Counted from the stretch's first letter, positions 7,525 through 16,427 are shown. The stretch: DNA of 20,000 nt from an uncultured virus (IMG/VR IMGVR_UViG_3300049893_000201) (IMGVR_UViG_3300049893_000201); one strand, 5' to 3'. A program made the numbers and translations. Notes: generated by a model not told the origin, from the sequence alone.

Positions 7525-7574
7525 GAGAGAGATAGAGAGAGTAACAGCAAGACTGTTACCTTTCTGTCTCTTTT
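7525..7574 (+). terminator. Intrinsic terminator
   Basis: GAGAGATAGAGAG-a-GTAACAG...CTGTTAC-CTTTCTGTCTCT followed by a T run. Confidence 0.7.
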
Positions 7575-7643
7575 ATAGTCAACTGCAAAATCTGTTATCT
7601 CTTGTTTGGTACATATAGCAATACTAATAAATCCTACTACACT

Positions 7644-7910
7644 ATGCTACTTAAGAAAAAGACTTACATTGTATCTACCTACAATAACTATGAATGGATT
7701 ACTACAAGGGATACTTACTCTCTATGGTTACTTATGTTTAAGTACTATAGACAGGGTTACCGAGTATTAGATTATCCGCTATGGTTTGCAAGGTTGGTAT
7801 ATAAGATTACCGGGAAAGGTATTCTTAAAGGAAGGACCGCGGTTTTTGAAAGGTATGTACCCGGTTCTGACCAAATAACTTATCACACGCCTTATAACGA
7901 TATCTATTAA
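7644..7910 (+). CDS. Hypothetical protein
   Basis: The in-frame ATG at 7644 (MLLKKK...) is preferred over the TTG at 7602. Confidence 0.6.
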   Translation: MLLKKKTYIVSTYNNYEWITTRDTYSLWLLMFKYYRQGYRVLDYPLWFARLVYKITGKGILKGRTAVFERYVPGSDQITYHTPYNDIY

Positions 7911-7913
7911 ACT

Positions 7914-8165
7914 ATGAGTAAGTTTATATCTGATAACAAACGAATCCTTAATCTCTTCCAGAGACTTAATGGTAGGTCGCCATATAATGGTGACGAGTTC
8001 GCTTACTTCTGTGAGTTTGTTAATAACCACAGTGTTATGTCTAAAGGTAACATAGAAGAATGTTTTACCGAAGATGCTATCCGGGAACTTACCGATAGCT
8101 ACACAGGTGGTTTTACTGAAGCCGACTTTTGGGACGGCGATGAGACTGATCGTATTCAGTATTGA
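7914..8165 (+). CDS. Hypothetical acidic protein (83 aa)
   Basis: ATG 3 nt after the upstream stop. Confidence 0.65.
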   Translation: MSKFISDNKRILNLFQRLNGRSPYNGDEFAYFCEFVNNHSVMSKGNIEECFTEDAIRELTDSYTGGFTEADFWDGDETDRIQY

Positions 8166-8167
8166 TA

Positions 8168-8239
8168 TTGTAAAGTGAAGAATGCTAACAGCGCTATAAA
8201 CAAACTATGCAAAGTTAAATGCATTCTGTATCTTTACAA
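8168..8239 (+). ncRNA. Structured RNA unit 1 of a three-unit array upstream of DUF2828
   Basis: Outer stem TTGTAAAG/CTTTACAA; inner stem AGAATGC (8179)/GCATTCT (8221); CAGCGCTAT in the loop. Confidence 0.7.
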
Positions 8240-8243
8240 CCCT

Positions 8244-8331
8244 TGTCCTTATGTTATGGAAGAATAGTTCAGCACTATTTAACTACACAATTAAACTAGG
8301 TTAAACAACTATTCTGTTTAACATAAGGACA
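8244..8331 (+). ncRNA. Structured RNA unit 2
   Basis: Perfect 13-bp outer stem TGTCCTTATGTTA/TAACATAAGGACA; inner stem AGAATAGTT (8261)/AACTATTCT (8307); CAGCACTAT in the loop. Confidence 0.75.
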
Positions 8332-8337
8332 TTACCC

Positions 8338-8446
8338 GCACATTAAAGAATGAATCAGCACTGTAAAATACTATACAATGCTAAACCCCGAGAAAGGTAG
8401 GCCACAACAGTTAACTGTAAGGCTCTCGTCATTCTGTCGTATGTGC
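8338..8446 (+). ncRNA. Structured RNA unit 3 (with an extra internal hairpin)
   Basis: Outer stem GCACAT/ATGTGC; inner stem AGAATGA (8347)/TCATTCT (8429); CAGCACTGT in the loop; nested CGAGA/TCTCG, GCC/GGC and ACAG-TTAA-CTGT stems. Confidence 0.7.
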
Positions 8447-8513
8447 AAAGCCGAGTAGTGATACTCGTGGCCTGCCAATCTCACAAAATGTTTAACTTAA
8501 AACCCTTAAAGAA

Positions 8514-9908
8514 ATGGACGCTTTTACTAACGCGATGTTTTCTAACGACAGTCTTACCAATAACGGCGCAGTTACTCATAGTACTGCAGGTATGCACTGT
8601 CTTGACCTGTTCTTTATAGCAGGTGCGAGCCGTTTTATGTCTGAAGAAGATATCTTAAAAGCATTTATACGTGCTTATCGTGAAGATAAGAATGTGGCTC
8701 TTAAGATTCTGTTTTGGGCAAGAGATGCACGTGGTGGTGCAGGAGAGAAGCGATTCTTTCAGGTGATTATGAAGCAGTTATCGGTATCAGAACCGGAAGT
8801 ATATGAGCAAGTTGCTATATATATTCCGACCTTTGGTTACTGGAAAGACATCTTTGTAATCGAGAAACCTACCGAAGATACTCTTAATTGGCTGAGCATT
8901 CAGTTAAAAGAGAATGAGAATGCTAATCTGCTAGCCAAATGGTTCCCTCGTAAGGGAGAATGGTTTGTGGCTATGCATAAGTATCTTAAGGTATCAGCAG
9001 GTGCGTTCCGTAGAAGACTTACCTCTATGTCTAATACCGTTGAGCAGAAGATGTGTGCTAATGAATGGGAAACTATTCAGTATAGTACCGTGCCTTCTGT
9101 TGCAGGTAAGAGATATGCTCACGCTTTTCATAGACAGGATGGTATAAGATACGCCTCTTATATTAGCGATGTTATGGAAGGTAAGGTTAAGATTAACGCT
9201 TCTGTATTGTTCCCAAGTGATTTAGTTCACGAAGTAACAGTTGGTAGTCGTAGTAACACAGAAGCATATGATGCTATGTGGAATGCGTTACCCAACTATA
9301 TGAAAGGGTGTACAGAACGTATCTTACCTGTCTGTGATGTATCAGGTAGTATGATGGGCCAACCTATGGATGTATCTATAGGATTAGGTTTGTATATCTC
9401 TGAACGTAACGAAGGTCCTTTCAAGGATTTGGTGTTAACGTTCAGTGAGTCCCCCGAGTTCCACAAGATAGAAGGCAATACTCTTTCAGAGAAAGTATTC
9501 AATCTTGGTAGAGCAAATTGGGGTATGAATACAGACCTGAATAAAACATTCACAGTGTTACTAGACCGTGCAATTGCAGGTAAGGTAGCACAGGAAGATA
9601 TGCCAACCAAGTTACTGATTATCAGTGATATGGAATTTGACCAAGCCTGTGGTAATCGTACTAATTTTGAGTCTATCAAGAATATGTATGAGCAATGGGG
9701 TTATCAGATGCCAAGCATAGTCTTTTGGAATGTTAACGGAAGATTGGGGAATGTACCTGTTAAGGCTAACACACCAAACACTGCCCTTGTTAGCGGGTAT
9801 AGTCCAAGTATACTAACAAGTATCTTGGGCGGTAAGGATTTAAATCCTTACAGTGTGATGATGGAAACTATTGGTAAACCAAGATACGCCTGTATCAAGG
9901 TGGACTAA
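8514..9908 (+). CDS. DUF2828-family protein: TROVE-like helical domain plus vWA domain (Ro60-like architecture)
   Basis: N-terminal LTNNGA..HST...CLDLFF, ALKILFWARDARGGAGEKRFF, FGYWKD, LLAKWFPR; C-terminal vWA MIDAS DVSGSM, plus NWGMNTDL, IISDMEFD and IVFWNV. Confidence 0.85.
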   Translation: MDAFTNAMFSNDSLTNNGAVTHSTAGMHCLDLFFIAGASRFMSEEDILKAFIRAYREDKNVALKILFWARDARGGAGEKRFFQVIMKQLSVSEPEVYEQVAIYIPTFGYWKDIFVIEKPTEDTLNWLSIQLKENENANLLAKWFPRKGEWFVAMHKYLKVSAGAFRRRLTSMSNTVEQKMCANEWETIQYSTVPSVAGKRYAHAFHRQDGIRYASYISDVMEGKVKINASVLFPSDLVHEVTVGSRSNTEAYDAMWNALPNYMKGCTERILPVCDVSGSMMGQPMDVSIGLGLYISERNEGPFKDLVLTFSESPEFHKIEGNTLSEKVFNLGRANWGMNTDLNKTFTVLLDRAIAGKVAQEDMPTKLLIISDMEFDQACGNRTNFESIKNMYEQWGYQMPSIVFWNVNGRLGNVPVKANTPNTALVSGYSPSILTSILGGKDLNPYSVMMETIGKPRYACIKVD

Positions 9909-9917
9909 CCGATATCT

Positions 9918-9953
9918 AAAAAGGGGACAGTACTTCGGTGCTGTCTCTTTTTT
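9918..9953 (+). terminator. Intrinsic terminator
   Basis: GGGGACAGTAC-TTCG-GTGCTGTCTC followed by a T run (UUCG tetraloop). Confidence 0.85.
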
Positions 9954-9999
9954 ATAACAGTTACTATAAATCTTTTAATACTTAATACACCTACCGATT

Positions 10000-10302
10000 A
10001 TGAGTAGAACTAAAAACACAGAAGAGTTCCGTCAGATGATGGAAGATCAGGAAATGGCTGCGGCTTTTGATTTCCAAGAAAAGGAAGCCTTAATGGAAGA
10101 GATGGCTATAGAACAAGGTATGCTAGATGCTACCGATGAGTACATTGAAGCACAAAAGGTTTTCCTTGTAGCACAGCGTAAGTTTACTAATGCTCTAGAA
10201 CTTTATAAGAAAGCCAAGGGTATGGTAAAAACAGAAAGAGAATCGTCTCCGACTGTAGATATGCTAACAGATTTATTCAAAGGTTTTAACCCTAATATGT
10301 AA
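10000..10302 (+). CDS. Hypothetical helical protein
   Basis: ORF track; coiled-coil-like E/M/A-rich composition. Confidence 0.7.
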   Translation: MSRTKNTEEFRQMMEDQEMAAAFDFQEKEALMEEMAIEQGMLDATDEYIEAQKVFLVAQRKFTNALELYKKAKGMVKTERESSPTVDMLTDLFKGFNPNM

Positions 10303-10306
10303 TGTT

Positions 10307-10510
10307 ATGGAAACAGTAGAGACTACCGTAGATGTACGGAAACAAAGAATTGCTCTCATAGAGAGTATCGGTACACTCCGTAGAGAGTTAGAGTTCCCCC
10401 TAATAGATGCAGATGAGTTTGATACTATGTACGATGCACCCTTATGGATACTGCAGAAATACAAGACAGACTTATTAGCATTTGCAGAAATGAAGGCTAC
10501 CCTCGGGTAG
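10307..10510 (+). CDS. Hypothetical protein (67 aa)
   Basis: ORF track; a terminator hairpin (AGGCTACC-CTCG-GGTAGTCT followed by Ts) spans its stop. Confidence 0.65.
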   Translation: METVETTVDVRKQRIALIESIGTLRRELEFPLIDADEFDTMYDAPLWILQKYKTDLLAFAEMKATLG

Positions 10511-10605
10511 TCTTTGTTTTTCTGTATAGGTGTTTTTTGTTTTTACTGTTACTATCACTGTTGATCCCTGTATCTACCTGCGGAAAAATTTTATAAATCA
10601 AAAAA

Positions 10606-10776
10606 ATGAAAAAAAATACTTTTTATGCACTGTTATACTTTGTAGTAATAGCAGTTGTGGCAAGTCTTGTGGCTTGTTCACCAACAAAGGCGACGGTTAG
10701 AAGACCGAACCCTTGTCCGTCATTTGGTAAATCTCATCCTAGAGATATGCCTTATGCACATCCGGTGTGGCGTTAA
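10606..10776 (+). CDS. Small lipoprotein (56 aa)
   Basis: Not in the track. MKKNTFYALLYFVVIAVVASLVA-C-SPTK...: basic N-terminus, hydrophobic stretch and lipobox LVAC. Confidence 0.65.
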   Translation: MKKNTFYALLYFVVIAVVASLVACSPTKATVRRPNPCPSFGKSHPRDMPYAHPVWR

Positions 10777-10880
10777 GATACCAGCTAGGACATGCTGTAG
10801 TTTTGTGTACATGATGATTGATTAATACCCCCGAAGTCCAAGGGGGTATACCTTTTCTACTTAAACCAACTTATAATAAA

Positions 10881-12014
10881 ATGATTAAGACTATACTTAC
10901 TAATTGTGGTCCACAAAAAGATACTTACCTTAACTTGAAAACACAACCTATTGATAAACAAAGGTTTGCATTCTTTAAAGGTACTCTATATCAATGGACT
11001 GAAGAGACTCGTGCAGAGTCAGATACCCATATCTATTGGGCAGTGAATAACTGTTCACCTAAATGGAATAAGACAGGTGGACTATATCTTAAAAGAGATA
11101 GTGTATCAGGCTGTACTTATGATAAGGCTACCAAGAAATTTAAATGGTGGTTTGGTAAACATGCTATTATACAAATGCCTAATATAGTTACTGATATGTG
11201 TAACTATTTTAAGACTGAATGGTTTGATAGAGTACCACAAGGTTTAAAGATTAGTACTACTAATAGTACCTTAAGTAAGGTGTTGTTAGGTAAGATTACT
11301 AATCCAAGAGATCTTATCAAGGCTATTGTAAAGGCTAACCCAACTTTACGCGGTATAAATATCTCTACAGAATTACTGTGGAAGTATTGTAATAACCGTG
11401 CAGGTTCAAGGTTACAGTCTCTTTGTGATACATTAAGTGTAGCCAAGGACCCTAACCATGCAATAGAGTATGTAATAGAAAAGGATTATCTTGACCATCA
11501 CTTAAGTGACCTAGTTAAACAGGCTCAAATGCTTGACCGCAAGATAGATTTCAAGTGGTCCAAGTCCAGAATTGCTGAAGTTCATACTGAATGGACTAAA
11601 GAGATTATGGATATAGAGCAAGAGAATATACCACAGAAAGAGTATAACTACCTTAACGAGTTACCAACTAATGGATGTCTTGAACTTATTACAAACAGTA
11701 AAGAACTCTACATAGAAGGTAGAACTATGGGTCACTGTGTATTTACTAACTACGCGGATTCAGTAGAAAACAAAACATACTTTGTGTTTAGATTTACTGA
11801 TCGTGATGTACGTGCTACTGTAGGTATAACCAAACATTGGGAAAGAAATGAATTTATAGTTAACCAGATGTATGGTAAGTTTAATGGTACTATAGACCGT
11901 TGTCACCACGATTATGTGGAAGAATGGTTAGCAAGACCTGAAGTACAGCAGTGGTTTAGAGATAACTATAAATCTAATGAATTAGCGGCACCACCTGAAA
12001 TGGTGTGGTTATAA
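10881..12014 (+). CDS. PcfJ-like domain protein
   Basis: C-terminal ELITNSKELYIEGRTMGHCVFTNY...YFVFR...RATV...QMYGKFN matches the PcfJ pattern. The ATG at 10881 is preferred over the TTG at 10818. Confidence 0.75.
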   Translation: MIKTILTNCGPQKDTYLNLKTQPIDKQRFAFFKGTLYQWTEETRAESDTHIYWAVNNCSPKWNKTGGLYLKRDSVSGCTYDKATKKFKWWFGKHAIIQMPNIVTDMCNYFKTEWFDRVPQGLKISTTNSTLSKVLLGKITNPRDLIKAIVKANPTLRGINISTELLWKYCNNRAGSRLQSLCDTLSVAKDPNHAIEYVIEKDYLDHHLSDLVKQAQMLDRKIDFKWSKSRIAEVHTEWTKEIMDIEQENIPQKEYNYLNELPTNGCLELITNSKELYIEGRTMGHCVFTNYADSVENKTYFVFRFTDRDVRATVGITKHWERNEFIVNQMYGKFNGTIDRCHHDYVEEWLARPEVQQWFRDNYKSNELAAPPEMVWL

Positions 12015-12019
12015 TCTTA

Positions 12020-12053
12020 AAAGTAAAGGGGAGTAATCCCCTTGCTTTTTTTT
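12020..12053 (+). terminator. Intrinsic terminator
   Basis: AAGGGGA-GTAA-TCCCCTT stem followed by a T run. Confidence 0.8.
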
Positions 12054-12091
12054 AATGTGTAATCAACTAATAATCAATTTATAATCCTACT

Positions 12092-12496
12092 ATGAGTATA
12101 GGTAAAAAAGTGCCCGTTACTAAAGGGCGTGTAATTAAAATTTGTAATGCCATTAATAGTGGCCAAGGTTTAGCAAAAGCTGCAGCAAAAGAAGGTCTAG
12201 GTGGACCTTATGTTTTTGCATTACAAGAATCAGGTATTGTATATAAGGATGCAGATGGTATCTGGAGAGCAAAGACTCGTATACATGATGCAAGATATGC
12301 AGACTTCTTAAAGTTACGTTCAGAGTATAGTAAAAAAGTTGACGCAAGACTTAAAAGTAAACCTGAGACTGATGTAACAGATACAGTTAAAGTTGTAACT
12401 GAAGTTAAACCTAAGGATAAACCTGTTATTAAAAGAAAGAGAAAAGTTAAGTTAGGTTTCTGGCAAAAACTTAAGATAAAACTTTTTGGAAAGTAA
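12092..12496 (+). CDS. Basic hypothetical protein, possible HTH DNA-binding
   Basis: ORF track; K-rich, with a helical N-terminal segment. Confidence 0.7.
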   Translation: MSIGKKVPVTKGRVIKICNAINSGQGLAKAAAKEGLGGPYVFALQESGIVYKDADGIWRAKTRIHDARYADFLKLRSEYSKKVDARLKSKPETDVTDTVKVVTEVKPKDKPVIKRKRKVKLGFWQKLKIKLFGK

Positions 12497-12511
12497 TTTA
12501 AAAGTTTAAAG

Positions 12512-12691
12512 ATGAGTGAACAAGATAAGCGTGCTGTATATATGGGCACATTCGACAGACACAGAAAAGAAATGTTTGTTAAGCTAGATGATGTTGTATT
12601 ACAACTTGCTACTATAAAGCAAGGTTTAAAGTATAGTATTATATTGGCAGGAATAAGTTTAGGTGTGGCTCTTGTAGCTTTAGCTATATAA
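12512..12691 (+). CDS. Small protein with a C-terminal TM helix (59 aa)
   Basis: Not in the track. MSEQDKRAVY...KYSIILAGISLGVALVALAI. Confidence 0.6.
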   Translation: MSEQDKRAVYMGTFDRHRKEMFVKLDDVVLQLATIKQGLKYSIILAGISLGVALVALAI

Positions 12692-12747
12692 ATCAGCTAA
12701 ACTTTTTTGAATGTGTTGCTTGTTTCTTATTTATTTATTAAGTAGTG

Positions 12748-12755
12748 TAACTTTG
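12748..12755 (+). promoter_or_regulatory. Bacteroidota-type -7 element TAACTTTG
   Basis: Matches TAnnTTTG, 4 nt before the ATG at 12760 that heads the replication-gene cluster. Confidence 0.45.
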
Positions 12756-12759
12756 ATAA

Positions 12760-13047
12760 ATGTACTACCAGTTACCCAATGGTAAGACCGTATGGTTAGA
12801 AATATCTGATGTATTAAATCTTACAGATCAGGATATAAGAGACCTTATTGCGTGTAACGCCGGTGAACATTTGTCTAGTCCGTGGCACGGATCTTCAGTA
12901 AATACTAAAGAAACTTTTGTAGATGATGAGGACGAGGAATTAGAGGATGATGAGTTTGATGTAGACTATTACTACAGAGAGTATTATCCTGATGAATTTC
13001 CTGATGGTCCCGATGAATTGGATCTAAATCTAGATTCAGAAAATTAA
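12760..13047 (+). CDS. Highly acidic hypothetical protein
   Basis: ORF track; D/E-rich C-terminal half. Confidence 0.75.
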   Translation: MYYQLPNGKTVWLEISDVLNLTDQDIRDLIACNAGEHLSSPWHGSSVNTKETFVDDEDEELEDDEFDVDYYYREYYPDEFPDGPDELDLNLDSEN

Positions 13048-13070
13048 TCAATTTTTTAAAACTTAAAACA

Positions 13071-13529
13071 ATGGTAAGTAAAGTTAAAGTTACCGCTAAT
13101 GAAGCGGGTAATGTTGTTGTCGTATCTAAAGATAACAACCAGTATGGTCACATTCGTGTGGAACAAAAACGTACAGTTATTTCAGATAAAGGCTGGGTTA
13201 AAGTAAAGAATATCAGCGCTTTATTACATGGTACTGTAGAAGAATTAGAATCTTTAGGATATGCTGATGGTCAGCAATTACCAGGAAAGATTGTGATTAA
13301 AGAATCCCTAATTCCTTTTAACAACGAGAATCCTGAAAAGGATTATAAAATCGCTGGTAAAACAGGAATCGTTTGCTGTATAGATGGACAACCTATTTAT
13401 CGTAAGACTTTCTATAATCCTAGTGCAAATGACCAGGATGAAACGATTGCTCACGATAATAGTGATGCTATCCGTTTAGCAAATTCAGGTGTTGCTGTTG
13501 AAACTGATGAAGAAGGTTTCACTCTGTAA
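13071..13529 (+). CDS. Hypothetical protein, possible ssDNA-binding protein
   Basis: Beta-rich, with an acidic/aromatic tail (ETDEEGFTL), a strong A-rich start and its own terminator. The function is inferred. Confidence 0.6.
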   Translation: MVSKVKVTANEAGNVVVVSKDNNQYGHIRVEQKRTVISDKGWVKVKNISALLHGTVEELESLGYADGQQLPGKIVIKESLIPFNNENPEKDYKIAGKTGIVCCIDGQPIYRKTFYNPSANDQDETIAHDNSDAIRLANSGVAVETDEEGFTL

Positions 13530-13546
13530 CATAATTAATTTATTAT

Positions 13547-13586
13547 AAGAAATGGGTAGTGTAACGGCTACCCATTTTCTTTTTTT
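13547..13586 (+). terminator. Intrinsic terminator
   Basis: AAATGGGTAGT...GCTACCCATTT followed by a T run. Confidence 0.8.
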
Positions 13587-13614
13587 GTAAACGTTTAAAA
13601 AAATAATAATAGTT

Positions 13615-14091
13615 ATGCCTTCCTACCAAAAAGTTGTCTACACGGGTAGACTAAATGAGTATCAAAAGTATGGTAATAATTACCAGCAGAAAAGATATGT
13701 GGAGTACGAGCGTGATGAGTTTAACCAATACCAGAACTTTCTTTATAAGAGAGCGCTGTTTGGTTTAACTGTTTATAGCCCTGAAGAATTAGAGAAAATG
13801 CATTGGGATAAAAAGAAACGTATCCAGAAAGTGCATGCTCGTGCTCAGAGTATATTAAACAAGTGGAAGCAGGAGCTGGCTAATGAATGGGCTGTTGGAA
13901 TATTGTCCAAAGTTTTTCACCATAGCCGGTTAGTAAAAGATTTAATAGAAAGTTTTGGTAATCATATCGATGATCAGTATATTAGCCCTTTAGAATTCAA
14001 ATCTTTAGGTGTATCCAAAAGGGATATTGTAGATAAGCTGATCACTGAAAAGATTTTACCAAATAACTTTTATCAATTAAAAGCTGAATAA
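13615..14091 (+). CDS. Hypothetical protein (158 aa)
   Basis: ORF track; first gene of a tightly packed operon. Confidence 0.75.
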   Translation: MPSYQKVVYTGRLNEYQKYGNNYQQKRYVEYERDEFNQYQNFLYKRALFGLTVYSPEELEKMHWDKKKRIQKVHARAQSILNKWKQELANEWAVGILSKVFHHSRLVKDLIESFGNHIDDQYISPLEFKSLGVSKRDIVDKLITEKILPNNFYQLKAE

Positions 14092-14092
14092 G

Positions 14093-14404
14093 ATGAGCAT
14101 TAATGAGTTAAGTAACGAAGAAGTTTTATTCTTATACCTCAACAATCGTAAGTGGGTAGAGATGTACTATGATGTAATCAATCAGAAAACAATAGTAGAT
14201 GTTTTAGACATCCTAGACTTTGGTAACGTTACTGTAACTCGTTTCTTAAATGATGAAGATGTAGCTAGTATGGAAAATAGCGAACACTATCGTTTAACTA
14301 ACTTGCTTAACGATAAGCTAGCGCCGCTGGCTGATCTTATACAAGACGCTGATCCTGAATTATTCGAAAAAGTAAAATCAAGTTTTGAAAAAATAGAATT
14401 CTAA
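14093..14404 (+). CDS. Hypothetical protein
   Basis: ORF track; tight packing. Confidence 0.7.
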   Translation: MSINELSNEEVLFLYLNNRKWVEMYYDVINQKTIVDVLDILDFGNVTVTRFLNDEDVASMENSEHYRLTNLLNDKLAPLADLIQDADPELFEKVKSSFEKIEF

Positions 14405-14611
14405 ATGAAAACTACATTTATTATGAACGGGTGTACTAAACTCGTTCTAACTCCTGAGACAGAAGCTGAGGAGATTATGCTTAGACAGCTAACTAAACAA
14501 GAGAATATTATTACCCAAGTAGGAGACAATAGTCATATTGCTCTTACTTATGGTGTAGATTCTATTGTTATAATGCAAGGAAATGTTGCAGGCCAAGCCG
14601 AAGAAGTGTGA
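14405..14611 (+). CDS. Hypothetical protein
   Basis: ORF track; abuts the upstream stop. Confidence 0.65.
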   Translation: MKTTFIMNGCTKLVLTPETEAEEIMLRQLTKQENIITQVGDNSHIALTYGVDSIVIMQGNVAGQAEEV

Positions 14612-15005
14612 CGGGTGTGAAACCATCCAACCTATCTGGAAGAGAGAAGGTAAGCAGAAGTTTTGTAAGCAATGCTGGAGTAGCCATGATATTAAGGGTA
14701 AATCAAGCACTAAAAAACCAACAGCTAAAAAACCTATGCGCCTTCAATCTTCTAAGATAGTTAAACTAAATGTGGCTTACTCTATACTGAGAGAACAGTT
14801 CTTAAAAAATCATTCCTTTTGTCAGGCTCGTATACCCGGTTGTAATATTAAAGCAACGGATATACACCATAAAAAAGGACGGATAGGTAAACTATTCCTA
14901 GATGATTCAGAATTTTTAGCAGTATGTAGGATGTGCCATAACTGGATAGAAGTCCACCCTGAAGAAGCAAAGTTATTAGACTTTAGTAAATCAAGAGAAT
15001 CATGA
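14583..15005 (+). CDS. HNH endonuclease with N-terminal zinc finger
   Basis: CDGC...CKQC; then CQARIPGC...ATDIHHKKGR...LAVCRMCHNWIEVHP. Confidence 0.8.
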   Translation: MLQAKPKKCDGCETIQPIWKREGKQKFCKQCWSSHDIKGKSSTKKPTAKKPMRLQSSKIVKLNVAYSILREQFLKNHSFCQARIPGCNIKATDIHHKKGRIGKLFLDDSEFLAVCRMCHNWIEVHPEEAKLLDFSKSRES

Positions 15006-15373
15006 TTATAAAATTTGAAAAGCTACCAGATGACTCACATATTAGAGTGGTAGATCCCACCTGGCGTGGAGATAGTACAGAGTTAGTAGTCCACAATGAC
15101 TTAACTGATATGATACTAAAATTATGGGGAGAAGATGTAAAGGATGGTGATATACTAACCTTTGAGATATCTCGTGTACCTATTAACGCTGAGTCTTATA
15201 TGTTTACTAAAGAAGGTAAACCTAGAAGTATTGGCGGTTGCTCCTATACTAATCCTAAACTGGGATTACATTATATATGCGAGTTACTACTGATGTATGT
15301 AGGACCCGACTATCCCGAACATTTTTATTTAAGAAAGTATGAGCAGAGAAGAGATTCAGAAACAGGCACTTGA
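15002..15373 (+). CDS. Hypothetical protein
   Basis: ATGA overlap with the HNH stop. Confidence 0.65.
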   Translation: MIIKFEKLPDDSHIRVVDPTWRGDSTELVVHNDLTDMILKLWGEDVKDGDILTFEISRVPINAESYMFTKEGKPRSIGGCSYTNPKLGLHYICELLLMYVGPDYPEHFYLRKYEQRRDSETGT

Positions 15374-16427
15374 CGTACTACTAAACAACGAGCGTGCAGG
15401 TATTGCTGTATCTATGGGTGTTGGTAAAACTTTAATCGGTTTACTACATATGAAAGAAAACTATAGCGATATATGTAAGTTCCTTGTAGTCGCACCTAAA
15501 CGTGCAATATTTAAATCTTGGTTAGATGAAGCAGATAAACATGGACTCAGTTATCTTAAAGAGCATATTGTATTTACTACATACCTGTCTTTAAATAAAC
15601 AGGATGATGATTATGATGTAGTCTATTTAGATGAGTGCCATAATCTTTTGTATTCTCACGAAGATTATTTAGATTTTTATAAAGGTAGAATCGTAGGATT
15701 AACTGGTACTCCTCCCAGAATTTCTAACTCTGAGAAGGGAGAGATGGTTGATGGCTACTGTCCTATCAAGTATAAGTATATTACTGATGAGGCTGTAGAA
15801 CATGGTATCCTAAATGATTATCAGATTATGATACACTACCTTAAGCTTGATGAACGTAAGAACTTTATGGTTAAAGGTAAGGGTAAAAGTTTTCCTACAT
15901 CCGAGACTGCAAATTATAATTACTGGAGTGAACGGATACTAAACGCTTCGCCTGGTAAAGAACTGCAGATCTTACGAGTAATGAGAATGAAAGCTCTTAT
16001 GTCTTATCCAAGTAAAGAGAGATATGCTAAAGAACTATTTAACTTCATTGAAGATAAAGTAATTCTATTTGCTAATACTCAAGACCAAGCAGATAAACTT
16101 TGTACGCATAGTTATCATAGTGGGAATAAAGAGTCAGAAGTTAACCTTGATAAGTTTAAATCTGGAGAAATAAATAAACTTAGCTGTGTGTTACAATTAA
16201 ATGAAGGTGTTAATATTCCTAATCTAAAACAAGGTATTATTATGCATGCATACGGTAATGAACGTAAAGCTACTCAAAGATTGGGTAGGATGTTACGTTT
16301 AAATCCATATGAGAAAGCTATAATACATGTGTTGTGCTATGAAGGTACCGTTGATGAGGCATGGGTTAACCAAGCCTTAAAAGAATATGATCCAAGTAAA
16401 ATTGTTAAAGTAAAAAAGAATGTCTAA
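15339..16427 (+). CDS. Superfamily 2 (DExH) helicase
   Basis: Walker A GVGKT, motif Ia VVAP, DECH, GLTGT, LNEGVNIP and QRLGRMLR. Confidence 0.9.
   Translation: MSREEIQKQALDVLLNNERAGIAVSMGVGKTLIGLLHMKENYSDICKFLVVAPKRAIFKSWLDEADKHGLSYLKEHIVFTTYLSLNKQDDDYDVVYLDECHNLLYSHEDYLDFYKGRIVGLTGTPPRISNSEKGEMVDGYCPIKYKYITDEAVEHGILNDYQIMIHYLKLDERKNFMVKGKGKSFPTSETANYNYWSERILNASPGKELQILRVMRMKALMSYPSKERYAKELFNFIEDKVILFANTQDQADKLCTHSYHSGNKESEVNLDKFKSGEINKLSCVLQLNEGVNIPNLKQGIIMHAYGNERKATQRLGRMLRLNPYEKAIIHVLCYEGTVDEAWVNQALKEYDPSKIVKVKKNV

Noticed and set aside
8168..8446. CRISPR array or tRNA cluster
   Set aside because: The conserved parts are short and split across paired arms, with no identical 25-40 bp repeats. 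No cloverleaf or TTCRA T-loop is seen.
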